A stretch of DNA of 64,000 bases, from contig JBBDJP010000001.1 in NCBI GenBank assembly GCA_040879805.1, positions 66,173-130,172 of the forward strand, in the 5' to 3' direction. The translations under genes and the position numbers were made by a program. Origin of the DNA: Candidatus Pacearchaeota archaeon (GTDB lineage: Archaea; Nanobdellota; Nanobdellia; Pacearchaeales; GW2011-AR1). This document shows, one piece after another, positions 10,029-19,409 of the stretch. The notes beneath the pieces are model-generated. The model was not told where the DNA came from, made no database searches, and was given only the letters and a program-made list of their open reading frames with translations. Numbering within the stretch: the stretch's first letter is position 1; each line of letters starts with the position of its first letter.

Positions 10029-10087
10029 AATTTTAGCTAAAGACTTAAAAATCAAAAACCCCAAATAATTTTAGCTAAAGACTTAAA
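10029..10087 (+). repeat. 21-bp perfect direct repeat AATTTTAGCTAAAGACTTAAA (10029-10049 and 10067-10087).
   Basis: Read directly. Lies between the HExxH ORF and the RPA-like gene. Confidence 0.7.
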
Positions 10088-10102
10088 TTTGCAAAAATAA
10101 AA

Positions 10103-10753
10103 ATGGCTGAACAACAATATAAAAGAAACATTGCATACAAACTAAGAATTGGAGATCTTTTAATGGGAAAACCTGTGAACAATGGAGAAAGATTTGGTTT
10201 TCTAGAACTTGGAGATAAAAAAATAGTTAGAGTTAATATAGTAGGAAATATTATCGAAAGATATGAAAGTGAGGGAGAAAGAAAATATTTATTTTTGACG
10301 CTTGACGATGGTTCTGGACAAATAAAACTTAAAATTTTTGGAGATGATTCTGATAGATTTAAGGAAGTAGTACAGGGACAAACAGTAGTCGTCATAGGGA
10401 CTCTAAGATACTGGAATGATGAACTTTATATTTCTCCAGAAATTATAAGGGATCTGGACCCAAAATATCTTTTGATTAGGAAATTGGAAACTGAAAAAAA
10501 TAAAACTCAAAGTTCCTCTAACAAGGATGATTCTGACAATGTCCTAAGTGAAAAAGAACAAACAACTGCAATTAAAGATAAAATTCTTGATCTGATTAAA
10601 TCTGCGGAAGAAGATGGGGGTATTGAAACTAAAAAAGTTCTTGAAAGATTCTCGGATGTCTCTCCAGACATAATAAATCAGGAGATAAAAAAATTCCTTG
10701 AGGAAGGAATTGCTTTTGAACCACGACCAGGGAAAATTAGATACTTGGGTTAG
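10103..10753 (+). CDS. OB-fold nucleic-acid-binding protein with a C-terminal winged-helix-like domain (RPA32/RPA-associated-like).
   Basis: OB-fold pattern (KLRIGDLL...VRVNIVGNIIE...LFLTLDDGSGQIKLKIFGD...VVVIGTLRYWNDELYISPEII), then a K/E linker and a C-terminal helix-rich domain. Adjacent to mcm. Confidence 0.4.
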   Translation: MAEQQYKRNIAYKLRIGDLLMGKPVNNGERFGFLELGDKKIVRVNIVGNIIERYESEGERKYLFLTLDDGSGQIKLKIFGDDSDRFKEVVQGQTVVVIGTLRYWNDELYISPEIIRDLDPKYLLIRKLETEKNKTQSSSNKDDSDNVLSEKEQTTAIKDKILDLIKSAEEDGGIETKKVLERFSDVSPDIINQEIKKFLEEGIAFEPRPGKIRYLG

Positions 10754-10757
10754 ATCT

Positions 10758-11366
10758 TTATTTTTTCTTACATAAATAATCTAAAAAATTCTTCCCCTTA
10801 CCTACATTTATCTTCCAACTGTCAAGCACAACAAAATAGTCTTTTAAAATTCCTTTAATTTCTTTATCAGAATATAGCGAGAACCATCTTTTTCCTCCTT
10901 CCTTAAAATCTACAAACCCTTCCCCTTACCCTTCTTTTAAGGATAAAAAGAAAAAACCATCTTCTTTGATTATGTAATGAATTTTGCGAATGATTGATTT
11001 TATATTGGATTTAGGTATATGTAAAAGTGAAGTATAGGCCCAAATAACATCAAAATCTCCTTCCTTAAAATTTAAATTCTCGATGTCTGACTTAATTGTA
11101 TTCAATCCTTTTTCCTTACATTTCTGGAGCATAGATTCTGAAATATCTAAGCATAAAACATCAAATCCTTTATTTTTAAGAAATAATGCATGGTTTCCAG
11201 GCCCTGATCCTAAATCAAGTATCTTTGCTCCCTTGGGAAATTTTTTGGAAATCCTATCTAACTCTTTCTTAATAAATTTTAAAATATATTCTCTAAATTT
11301 TTTGTCGAAATACTCTGGAAATTTATCATACACTTCTCTTGTCTTTTTCTTATAATTTTTAATCAT
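10758..11366 (-). pseudogene. Class I SAM-dependent methyltransferase interrupted by one in-frame TAA (10926-10928). The N-terminal 146 codons and the C-terminal ~55 codons are in the same frame.
   Basis: SAM motif I ILDLGSGPGNHALFL. Read-through of the TAA gives ...SLKEG*GEGFVDFKEGGKRWFSLYSDKEIKGILKDYFVVLDSWK..., a typical MTase C-terminus. A 12-bp direct repeat CTTCCCCTTACC lies at 10791-10802 and 10919-10930; the latter copy contains the stop codon. Confidence 0.5.
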
Positions 11367-11396
11367 TAAATAAAATTGAAACTAATAATTAAAAAA

Positions 11397-12059
11397 CTAT
11401 CCTCTCTTCCGCACTTTTCTCTTTTTTTTCTTTTTTCCAAATCTCTTTTCAAACCAATAAGCAAGCCAGATTAAGGTGATTAGTCCTATAATAGAAATTA
11501 TAAATTTGAGCCAATTATCTGCAAATTTCCAAAAGCCTCCAACACTCCAAAAAATTACTCCTACTCCTCCTGCCATTAATCCTGATCCAACTGTTTCAAG
11601 GCCAAAAATAACTAAACCTAGGGCAATTATTAGAATTCCCAAAGGAACTGCCAAAAGAAATATATTTCGAGAATATTTTTCTCTTTCATCCTCATAGACA
11701 TCCCAACAATTTTCTCCAGAAAGTGCTATCTTGCATTGTTCTAAAGTTTCAAAAGTTGTTTTACCATCAGGCCCACATCCCGAACCACAATCATTTAAAA
11801 AACAATCTTCATTCTCAATATCAAGTTCATACATCTCTACACAAACTGCAGGACAGACCTCTTCATTAGCGTCTCCAATATCTGGAACAGGACTTCTAAT
11901 ATTGAAACATAATTCTCCATAATCTGGAGGAGAGTAAAAAGAATAAATTCCATAAACAACTGCAGAAATTGTAAGAATCATGATTGCAACAGCAATAATA
12001 AAACTTTTCAAATTCATATAATAAATCTGATTAAAAGATTTATAAAGATTATCACACAC
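11397..12059 (-). CDS. Membrane protein with a Cys-rich extracytoplasmic domain (~10 Cys), 3 TM helices and a polybasic C-terminal tail.
   Basis: Signal-anchor-like N-terminus (probable start MNLKSF at 12017). CxxxC/CGSGCG clusters. C-terminal KKKKKRKVRKRG. Confidence 0.4.
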   Translation of the reverse strand: MCDNLYKSFNQIYYMNLKSFIIAVAIMILTISAVVYGIYSFYSPPDYGELCFNIRSPVPDIGDANEEVCPAVCVEMYELDIENEDCFLNDCGSGCGPDGKTTFETLEQCKIALSGENCWDVYEDEREKYSRNIFLLAVPLGILIIALGLVIFGLETVGSGLMAGGVGVIFWSVGGFWKFADNWLKFIISIIGLITLIWLAYWFEKRFGKKKKKRKVRKRG

Positions 12060-12067
12060 ACAAAACT

Positions 12068-12472
12068 ATGGAATATGAAAAATTACTCGAAGAAGCCTAT
12101 AAAAAAGTTAAAAAAACCAATTCATCTGGAGAGAGGTTTAAAACTCCGAAAATAGAGGGTCATTTTGAAGGAAAAAAGACTATTCTTACAAATTTCTTTC
12201 AAATAGCTTCAGATCTAAGAAGAAATCCAGATCATTTCCAAAAATTTATGCTTAAAGAACTTGCAGCATCAGGACAAAAAGAAGGTGATCGACTTATTTT
12301 GAACAGAAAGATCTTAAGAGATAATCTTGATAAAAAGGTTAGTGAATACACTAAGGAGTTTGTATTATGTAAGGAGTGTAAAAAACCAGATACTGAATTA
12401 GTTAAAGAAGGGAAGGTTAATATTCTTCGTTGTCTTGCTTGTGGGGCAAAACACCCTGTTAAAGGGGTTTAG
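12068..12472 (+). CDS. eif2b: Translation initiation factor 2 beta subunit (aIF-2 beta).
   Basis: C-terminal zinc ribbon CKECKKPDT...CLACG and conserved aIF2-beta core. Confidence 0.85.
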   Translation: MEYEKLLEEAYKKVKKTNSSGERFKTPKIEGHFEGKKTILTNFFQIASDLRRNPDHFQKFMLKELAASGQKEGDRLILNRKILRDNLDKKVSEYTKEFVLCKECKKPDTELVKEGKVNILRCLACGAKHPVKGV

Positions 12473-12515
12473 AAACTCTTAAAAAAGAACTTTTCTTATG
12501 TTTTATATAAATCAC

Positions 12516-12522
12516 GGGAGGT
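12516..12522 (+). promoter_or_regulatory. Shine-Dalgarno-like GGGAGGT located 5 nt upstream of the ATG at 12527.
   Basis: Read directly. Complementary to the 16S 3' end. Confidence 0.5.
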
Positions 12523-12526
12523 AAAA

Positions 12527-12721
12527 ATGGTAACAGGATATTGCGTAAAGTGTAAGGAGAAAGGCGTTGAACTTAAAGATGCTGCAATTCATCAAACTGC
12601 AAGAGGCGGATATATGGCAAAAGGAAAGTGTGCTAATGGATGTGGCACTACTGTCTGCGCTATGATGTCAAAGGACAACGCAGAAAAAGCAATTCAAGAC
12701 GGAGCAAAAAAAGCTTTTTAA
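12527..12721 (+). CDS. Small zinc-ribbon protein (64 aa; CxxC...CxxC, DUF5679-like).
   Basis: YCVKCKEK...GKCANGCGTTVC four-Cys arrangement. Strong RBS upstream. Confidence 0.5.
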   Translation: MVTGYCVKCKEKGVELKDAAIHQTARGGYMAKGKCANGCGTTVCAMMSKDNAEKAIQDGAKKAF

Positions 12722-12743
12722 GGCTCAATTTGTTTGTTCTTAG

Positions 12744-13040
12744 ATGATTGTAAACATTATAGAAAGTTACAGAGATGTAATTGCTATCTGCGATAAGAAT
12801 CTTCTAGGGAAAAGATTTGAAGAAGGAAAATTTCAACTTCATATTAAGGAAAGTTTCTACAAAGGAAAAGAAAAATCTGAGAATGAAGTTCTTGAAATAA
12901 TTAAGAATATGGCAAAAGAAGATGCGACTTTTAATATTGTTGGAGAAAAATCTGTAAATGTGGCAATAAAAGCAGGAATAATCAATGAGAATAGTGTTGG
13001 AGAAATTCAAGGGATAAAATTTGCCCTTGTTTTATTATAA
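12744..13040 (+). CDS. DUF424-family archaeal protein.
   Basis: Length and pattern (VIAICDKNLLGKRFEEGKFQLHIKESFYKG...NIVGEKSVNVAIKAGII...IQGIKFALVL) match the conserved archaeal DUF424 family. Confidence 0.5.
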   Translation: MIVNIIESYRDVIAICDKNLLGKRFEEGKFQLHIKESFYKGKEKSENEVLEIIKNMAKEDATFNIVGEKSVNVAIKAGIINENSVGEIQGIKFALVLL

Positions 13041-13042
13041 TT

Positions 13043-13393
13043 TTAAGATTGGCTTAAAACAGAGAATTTTCTTCCTGTTATATCTTCATATTGTTTCGAT
13101 AAATCATCTGCTATTCCAAACCGAGAATCAAATTTATTGTCAACTACCTCAATTATATTTTCATGATAATTAAGGTCTATTACCAAAGTAACAAAACCTG
13201 ATCTATTCTCCGTAACTCCATCTCTGCTAGGAAAATAAACATCTCTTAGTATAGAAAAATCAAATCCGTCAAAAGTTACTTCAGGACGACCTAAGTAAAG
13301 TTGATTCGTAGGTTCTTTCTCATTATGTAAGTTAACAAAATTCAGAGTAGTTTTAACAAGTTCACTCTCTTTGTCAAATAAATCTGTTTGCAT
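13043..13393 (-). CDS. Hypothetical protein.
   Basis: 116-aa ORF with no recognisable motif. Confidence 0.3.
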   Translation of the reverse strand: MQTDLFDKESELVKTTLNFVNLHNEKEPTNQLYLGRPEVTFDGFDFSILRDVYFPSRDGVTENRSGFVTLVIDLNYHENIIEVVDNKFDSRFGIADDLSKQYEDITGRKFSVLSQS

Positions 13394-13475
13394 TCTATTT
13401 CAAATTTGATTAAGTTTTTAATTATTTATATTCACAAAAATAATAAAATTTGTATTGGTTCTTCTTTAAAACAAA

Positions 13476-13769
13476 TTACTCAGACACTTTAACCTTTCCC
13501 ACATAATAGCTATTACTGCCTCTTGAAAAGGGGTTGGTGTAAAAAACCTCCAATTCTTTTAATTCAAACGGTAATTCATCAACATCAGTAGAGCCATAAT
13601 AGCTTAAATTTCTTTGTACATAAACATGATGTTTCCGCGCTTCATCAATAAAACTAGAAAGGTCTAGAAAACCTTTACCTGCAAGTTCTTCTATGCCTTT
13701 TTTATCATCTTCTTCAACCAATATTCCTTTTCCATAATCTTCTTCCAGTTTTAAAACTAATTTAGCCAT
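13476..13769 (-). CDS. Hypothetical protein.
   Basis: 97-aa ORF with an acidic N-terminus and no recognisable motif. Confidence 0.3.
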   Translation of the reverse strand: MAKLVLKLEEDYGKGILVEEDDKKGIEELAGKGFLDLSSFIDEARKHHVYVQRNLSYYGSTDVDELPFELKELEVFYTNPFSRGSNSYYVGKVKVSE

Positions 13770-13852
13770 AACCCTTCAAACTCAATATCATTTAAATAAA
13801 TTTATATTCTAGAATGCATTAAACTTATAAATAAAACTAATTTCAAAATCAT

Positions 13853-14176
13853 ATGAAGAAGTACAATAAAGAAACTAATGACGAGCCAAAAGTTAAAAGG
13901 GCTCGCCTTCCAAAAGGAGAACAAATGATAGGGATAGTTGAACAACGGCTTGGAGGAAACAAAATGTTTGTAAACTGTTTGGATGGGAAAAAAAGAAATT
14001 GTCGTGTTCCCGGAAGATTAAAAAGATATTTATGGTTACGTCCAGGTGATGTAGTAATTATAGAACCTTGGGAACTTGATAAAGACAGGGGAGATGTAAT
14101 ATTCAAATATAGAAAAAATCAAATTGAATGGTTAAAAAGGAATGGTTACTTAAAAACTGAATCAGAAGAATTCTAG
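13853..14176 (+). CDS. eif1a: Translation initiation factor 1A (aIF-1A).
   Basis: S1-like OB domain: GEQMIGIVEQRLGGNKMFVNCLDGKKRNCRVPGRLKRYLWLRPGDVVIIEPW. Confidence 0.85.
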   Translation: MKKYNKETNDEPKVKRARLPKGEQMIGIVEQRLGGNKMFVNCLDGKKRNCRVPGRLKRYLWLRPGDVVIIEPWELDKDRGDVIFKYRKNQIEWLKRNGYLKTESEEF

Positions 14177-14177
14177 A

Positions 14178-14705
14178 ATGAAGAAACAAATCTATCAAAA
14201 AGCTCCAAGAATTCTAAAGAATAGAAAAAAGCTTGAAAGAGGTTTGAATGTTAAAATTATTAACCGGGGAAAAGAGATAAATATTGATGGAAGTCCTGAG
14301 GAAGAATATGTAGCTGAAAAAGTTCTTGAAGCAATTGAATTAGGATTCCCTTTCAGTGCTGCAATGTCATTAAAAGAATTTGGATATACTCTTGAAAAAC
14401 TAAATATAAAGGACCACACTAAGAGAAAAGATTTAAGAAGTGTCCGAGCAAGAATTATTGGGAAAGATGGAAGAACATTGAAAACCCTTCATACTCTTAC
14501 TCAATGCTTCTTTGAACTAAAAGACAATACTGTTGCAATCATTGGAGATCCCGAACTTGTTAAAAATGCGCACGAAGCAATAATATCTTTGATAAAAGGA
14601 TCTAAACAATCAAACATTTATAGCCGTCTTGAAAAAAGTCAACCAAAAGAAATTTATGACCTCGGATTAAAAAAGGATTTTGATAAACGCGGAAAGTTTA
14701 AATAA
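14178..14705 (+). CDS. KH-domain RNA-binding protein (archaeal Dim2/Pno1-like).
   Basis: Two KH-like modules, IIGKDGRTLKTLHTL being KH motif GxxG-like. Located right after eif1a as in other archaea. Confidence 0.65.
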   Translation: MKKQIYQKAPRILKNRKKLERGLNVKIINRGKEINIDGSPEEEYVAEKVLEAIELGFPFSAAMSLKEFGYTLEKLNIKDHTKRKDLRSVRARIIGKDGRTLKTLHTLTQCFFELKDNTVAIIGDPELVKNAHEAIISLIKGSKQSNIYSRLEKSQPKEIYDLGLKKDFDKRGKFK

Positions 14706-14727
14706 CAAAATTTACTACAAATTTCGA

Positions 14728-14800
14728 GTCCTGGTAGCTCAGTTGGTAGAGCGCGCGGCTGTTAACCGTGAGGTCGTAGGTTCGAGTCCTACCCGGGACG
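14728..14800 (+). tRNA. tRNA-Asn (anticodon GUU).
   Basis: Manual fold: acceptor GUCCUGG/CCGGGAC, D-arm GCUC-AGUUGGUA-GAGC, anticodon stem CGCGG/CCGUG with loop CUGUUAA, T-arm GUAGG-UUCGAGU-CCUAC, discriminator G. Confidence 0.85.
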
Positions 14801-14801
14801 T

Positions 14802-15533
14802 TTAATTTTTAAAATAAGAATTTATTGTTCCTTGGAGGGAGTTATACCCTCCAATTTCTGCCCTTAAATTAAAATATGTATATTTAGATAACATCCTTAA
14901 AATTCCTTTATCTTCGTACCTACGTACAGAATTCTTTAATTTGCCACATTTTTTTAATATTCCAAAATTCATTCCTTTATCAACAGCTCTTTCAGCAAAA
15001 TCAGAATCTTCGCCAAAAAGACCTTCTCTAAACCCATTAAGTTTATTGAATGCTTTCCTTCTTACGAACATCCCTGACTGCATTTTTGGTTTTTTAGAAT
15101 TTTCTTTCTTAACGAATATCTTGTTTTCAAATTCATAAAGTTTTTCATAAAAAGTTTTTTTTAACCCATCTCCTTTATATTCTGGAGATAAAAGGGTTCC
15201 TGCTACATCCAAATTCTTTGAATTAAATTCCATAAGAGCTCTTAATAAAAAAGTTCTACTATTTGAGTAAGTATCTGCATCTAAAAAGAATAGAATATCA
15301 AATGAAGAATGTTTAGCGCCCTTATTTCTCACTGTTGCCGGCAGCCCCCCTTTAACTATTCTTGCCCCATATTTTCTTGCAATTTCTTCTGTCTTATCTG
15401 TTGTATCTGGAGAAATAGAAACAATAATTTCTAAATTAGTTATTTTTTCTTGAGAACTTAAAAATTTGAGAATTTTTGATAAGTATCTCTCCTCATTTTT
15501 ACATGGAATTATAACACTGATTTCTTTTTTCAC
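14802..15533 (-). CDS. Family 2 glycosyltransferase.
   Basis: N-terminal VIIPCKNEERYL and FLDADT (DxD) motifs typical of GT2. Confidence 0.8.
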   Translation of the reverse strand: MKKEISVIIPCKNEERYLSKILKFLSSQEKITNLEIIVSISPDTTDKTEEIARKYGARIVKGGLPATVRNKGAKHSSFDILFFLDADTYSNSRTFLLRALMEFNSKNLDVAGTLLSPEYKGDGLKKTFYEKLYEFENKIFVKKENSKKPKMQSGMFVRRKAFNKLNGFREGLFGEDSDFAERAVDKGMNFGILKKCGKLKNSVRRYEDKGILRMLSKYTYFNLRAEIGGYNSLQGTINSYFKN

Positions 15534-15583
15534 AAAGTAATACTAATAAAGAAATTTAAAAAGTTTATCTCTTAACAGATATA

Positions 15584-16699
15584 ATGAAAGATCAAACAAA
15601 CAAACAAAAAGTCCTAGTTGCAATGTCTGGTGGTGTAGACTCAAGTGTAGCAGCACTTCTCCTAAAAAAACAAGGTTACGAAGTTATTGGGGCATTCATG
15701 AAAAATTACACTAACGAAAACACAGATATTGAAAATTGTAATTGGGTTAAGGATAGAAAAGAAGCAATGAAAATAGCGACAAAACTTGGAATTCCTTTAA
15801 TCACTTTTGATTTTGAAAAAGAATACCGAAAACTAGTCGTTGATGAAATGTTTAAACTCTATAAGAAAGGAATTACTCCAAACCCAGATGTTGATTGTAA
15901 TAATAAAATCAAATTCCCTCTTTTAAAGAAAGCTGCAAAGAAACTTAATGCAGATTTTATAGCCACAGGACATTACAGCAAAATAAAAAAAATAGAGGAT
16001 AAATACGAACTCCTACGTGGAAAAGACGAATCAAAAGACCAGAGTTACTTTCTATACAGACTTAACCAAGAAGATCTAAAAAACACACTCTTCCCAGTCG
16101 GAGAACTTACAAAAAAAGATGTCCGAAAAATTGCTAAGAAAAACAAATTTCAAAATTTTAATAGAAAAGGTACAGTAGGAATTTGTTTTATAGGGAAAGT
16201 TAACTTAAAAGATTTTTTGCAAAAAAAGATAAAACCAAAAAAGGGAAAGATTCTAAGCCCTGAAGGAGACCTTATTGGAAATCATGATGGCATATATTAT
16301 TACACAATAGGTCAAAGAATTGGTCCGCGATTTGGAATTAAAGTTGAAAAAAATCCTGAAAACGGAAAAATGAAACGATGGTATGTTGCAAAAAAAGATT
16401 TAAAGAAGAATATTATTATAGCTGCTCCAGAAGGTCACTCTCTTCTTTACAAAAAGGAAATAATTTTGACAGATCCTCATTGGATAAATGAAACTCCAAG
16501 AAATTCTATGAAACTTCACGCAAGAATACGACAAGTAGGGGAACTTCTTCCATGCAAACTTGAAAAAAAATCCAGAAAATGGAAAGTAACTTTAAATAAG
16601 GCAATTAAGGGAGTTTCACAAGGTCAGGCGTGCGTCCTCTATGAAAGGAAAGGAAAAAAATGTCTTGGCGGTGGAGTTATTGATTTCAACAAATCTTAA
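15584..16699 (+). CDS. mnmA: tRNA-specific 2-thiouridylase MnmA (bacterial type).
   Basis: PP-loop VAMSGGVDSSVAA, catalytic Cys region, conserved C-terminal domain. Confidence 0.85.
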   Translation: MKDQTNKQKVLVAMSGGVDSSVAALLLKKQGYEVIGAFMKNYTNENTDIENCNWVKDRKEAMKIATKLGIPLITFDFEKEYRKLVVDEMFKLYKKGITPNPDVDCNNKIKFPLLKKAAKKLNADFIATGHYSKIKKIEDKYELLRGKDESKDQSYFLYRLNQEDLKNTLFPVGELTKKDVRKIAKKNKFQNFNRKGTVGICFIGKVNLKDFLQKKIKPKKGKILSPEGDLIGNHDGIYYYTIGQRIGPRFGIKVEKNPENGKMKRWYVAKKDLKKNIIIAAPEGHSLLYKKEIILTDPHWINETPRNSMKLHARIRQVGELLPCKLEKKSRKWKVTLNKAIKGVSQGQACVLYERKGKKCLGGGVIDFNKS

Positions 16700-16723
16700 A
16701 AACTTACTATTCTTCTAATACTC

Positions 16724-17281
16724 ATGAACTTAGACAAAGTAATCAAATCAAGAAAAAGTGTTCGTAAATTCTCTGATAAAAAACCAGACTGGCGCGAAAT
16801 TATTAAATGTATTGATGCAGCAAGGTATGCTCCTATAGCAGGAGGGAACAATATTTCAAAATTCATTCTTATAGATGATAAAGAAAAAATCAATAAGCTT
16901 TCAGATTACGCTCAACAAGATTTTATCTCTCAAGCTAATTATGTGGTAGTATTCTGCTCTAATCCTTCAAGGCTAAAAAATGCCTATGGAAAAAAAGGAG
17001 ACGACTATACAAAACAACAAACAGGGGCTGCAATTCAAAACTTTCTCTTAAAGATTGAAGAATCAGGACTTTCTACTTGCTGGATTGGACATTTTGTTGA
17101 AAAACAAGTAAAAAACCTTCTAAAAATTCCTAATGAAGTAAATGTCGAAGCAATGTTTCCAATAGGATATGATTCAGAGAAAAAGAAAACAAAAAAAGCC
17201 CCAACAGATATGGACAATCTTCTTTACTTCAATGAATATGAAAACAAAAGGATGAAAAAATCAAAGAAGTTAAATGTTTAA
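16724..17281 (+). CDS. Nitroreductase-family protein.
   Basis: N-terminal RKSVRKFSDKKP...DAARYAPIAGGNN motif characteristic of the NADH-oxidase/nitroreductase fold. Confidence 0.7.
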   Translation: MNLDKVIKSRKSVRKFSDKKPDWREIIKCIDAARYAPIAGGNNISKFILIDDKEKINKLSDYAQQDFISQANYVVVFCSNPSRLKNAYGKKGDDYTKQQTGAAIQNFLLKIEESGLSTCWIGHFVEKQVKNLLKIPNEVNVEAMFPIGYDSEKKKTKKAPTDMDNLLYFNEYENKRMKKSKKLNV

Positions 17282-17355
17282 AACTAAAAAAGAAAAAAGA
17301 AAACCGGGAATTTCTTCCCGGAATAAATAAGTTTTTAAGATAAACTAATTTCTGT

Positions 17356-18438
17356 CTATCTACCTCTCCAGACCTCTATTCCTAAATCAGAAACTTCTTT
17401 AGATACTTCTGAAGTATCTTCTGAATTTTTTGAAAGCAGATATGGAGAATTGACTCCTGTCATAATAGTAATAACTCGTACTTTTCCTTGAAACTCTTTA
17501 CTAATTCTCGCACCAATTATTACATTTGCATCAGGTCCAAGGTTCTCAGATACAATTCTTCCAATGTTATCAAACTCTTCTAATTTCAAATCTGATCCAC
17601 ATGTAACGTGTATCAAAGCTCCGTTAGCACCCTTATAGTCCACGTCAAGTAGAGGATGTGTAAGGGCCTGCTTTACTGCTTGATTTACACGCTCAGAAGA
17701 ATCATCTTCACCTATTCCAATGACAGAAACTCCACCTTCTTTCATAATTGCGGATACGTCTGCATAGTCAAGGTTAATCAAGCTAGGCAAAGTTATTGTT
17801 TCAACAAGTCCTTTAATAAAAGAACTTACAAGCTCATTTGCGACAGCAAAGGCCTGTTCAATAGGCAACTGTCCTGCTATATCTACCAACCTATTGTTAT
17901 CAATAATTATTGTTGTATCTGTAACTTCTCTAAGCTCTTGAAGACCAAAATCTGCCTTGTCAAGCCTTGCTTTTTCTGAATCGAAAGGCATTGTAACAAC
18001 TCCTATAACTACTGCACCTGATTCTTTAGCAAGCTGAGCAACGATGGGTGCACCTCCTGTTCCAGTTCCACCACCCATTCCTGCAACAACAAAAACCATG
18101 TCTGCACCAGATGTAGCTTTCTTAAGATCTGTAAGAGATTCTTTGGCAGCTTCTCTACCTACTTGGAATTTTCCTCCTGCTCCAAGACCTCTTGTTAATT
18201 CCTTACCCATCAAAATCTTCTCGTCAGCTTTAGTAACACTTAAGTGCAGAGCGTCTGTGTTTGCAGCATAAACTGTAGCACCTTGAATTCCTTTATTATA
18301 AAGCCAAGTTACTGCATTGCCGCCCATTCCTCCAACACCTAAAACCTTTATGTTGGCCTTTCCTGCCTTCAACTCATCAAAATTGATACTATGAGTCTCC
18401 GCATTCTGTACTGCTTCTTTTGCAAAATCTAACGCCAT
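17356..18438 (-). CDS. ftsZ: Cell division GTPase FtsZ.
   Basis: Tubulin signature GGGTGTG (AGMGGGTGTGGAPIVA), GVGGMGGNAV, T7 loop. Confidence 0.9.
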   Translation of the reverse strand: MALDFAKEAVQNAETHSINFDELKAGKANIKVLGVGGMGGNAVTWLYNKGIQGATVYAANTDALHLSVTKADEKILMGKELTRGLGAGGKFQVGREAAKESLTDLKKATSGADMVFVVAGMGGGTGTGGAPIVAQLAKESGAVVIGVVTMPFDSEKARLDKADFGLQELREVTDTTIIIDNNRLVDIAGQLPIEQAFAVANELVSSFIKGLVETITLPSLINLDYADVSAIMKEGGVSVIGIGEDDSSERVNQAVKQALTHPLLDVDYKGANGALIHVTCGSDLKLEEFDNIGRIVSENLGPDANVIIGARISKEFQGKVRVITIMTGVNSPYLLSKNSEDTSEVSKEVSDLGIEVWRGR

Positions 18439-18445
18439 TTATTTT

Positions 18446-18452
18446 AACCTCC
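18446..18452 (-). promoter_or_regulatory. Shine-Dalgarno AGGAGGU located 7 nt upstream of the ftsZ ATG.
   Basis: Reverse complement of AACCTCCT, read directly upstream of 18438. Confidence 0.5.
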
Positions 18453-18660
18453 TTTCAATTGTATTATTTAGTCGTTAAGTAATCTCAAGACAAACTTTTC
18501 AGCGAAAAGTTTATATACTTGATACACTTCCGACTAATAACAAAGAATTCACCTCAATAATTTATTCAATCCCCCAACCGAATAAATTAATATTATAAGA
18601 GGGCAAGTAACTTATTCTTTAAAAACATTATGTTTCTTCAAAACAACTTTTAGAAAAAAA

Positions 18661-19365
18661 TTATGAAATTAATTTTTTAACTAAATCCTCTCTTGACTTT
18701 GGAACAAACCATCTCTTTGCCCAATATTTAGGCTCTTTCTCTAAACAAAAACCTAAAACACCTATGAGATTGAACAAACTTTTCTCAGCAGATTCTCTTT
18801 TAACATCTGATCTCTTTGCAACCTCTGAAATATAAAAAAGAGGGTAACGATGATTGATTCCCTTCATCCTTAATTCAAAATTCCTCTTATAAATCACTTC
18901 CAAAATTTCCAGATCACCCTCATGAAATTCTTTATTAAATTCTTGTCCACTAACCAATGATTTCTTTGTTGCATCCAAATTTTCCTTGGGAATAAAATAA
19001 TTGTGGAAATATCTCCAAGACTTGGTACTCCTAATTTTCTGAAAACCAATTATCCCATACAAGCTTCTTATAATATGATTCGATCTTGAATTTAAATCAA
19101 ATTCTTTCTTTGACTGAAGTATTTCCCTGCCCCTTAAAATTTTGTTCAAAAGAGGATTAAAAGGGCCATTAATTCCGTTTTCCTGTCTAAGATTCTCTTT
19201 AGTTATATCATTAAAGGAATTGTAGAATAATTCCAATTCCTCTATCCTTTCTTCAGTCATTTTAGGAGGAACATAAATGTCTTTGTCGAGAAAGAAAAGA
19301 GTATCATAATTTTCTGAAATAAATTCTCTTTGAGAAGAACTCAAATTTATAGAGTATTCAACCAT
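18661..19365 (-). CDS. Hypothetical protein (234 aa).
   Basis: No recognisable motif. Confidence 0.3.
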   Translation of the reverse strand: MVEYSINLSSSQREFISENYDTLFFLDKDIYVPPKMTEERIEELELFYNSFNDITKENLRQENGINGPFNPLLNKILRGREILQSKKEFDLNSRSNHIIRSLYGIIGFQKIRSTKSWRYFHNYFIPKENLDATKKSLVSGQEFNKEFHEGDLEILEVIYKRNFELRMKGINHRYPLFYISEVAKRSDVKRESAEKSLFNLIGVLGFCLEKEPKYWAKRWFVPKSREDLVKKLIS

Positions 19366-19409
19366 AAATAATATTTTGAAGGCCTGCTTAAAAGCATTAT
19401 TGTTCTAAA

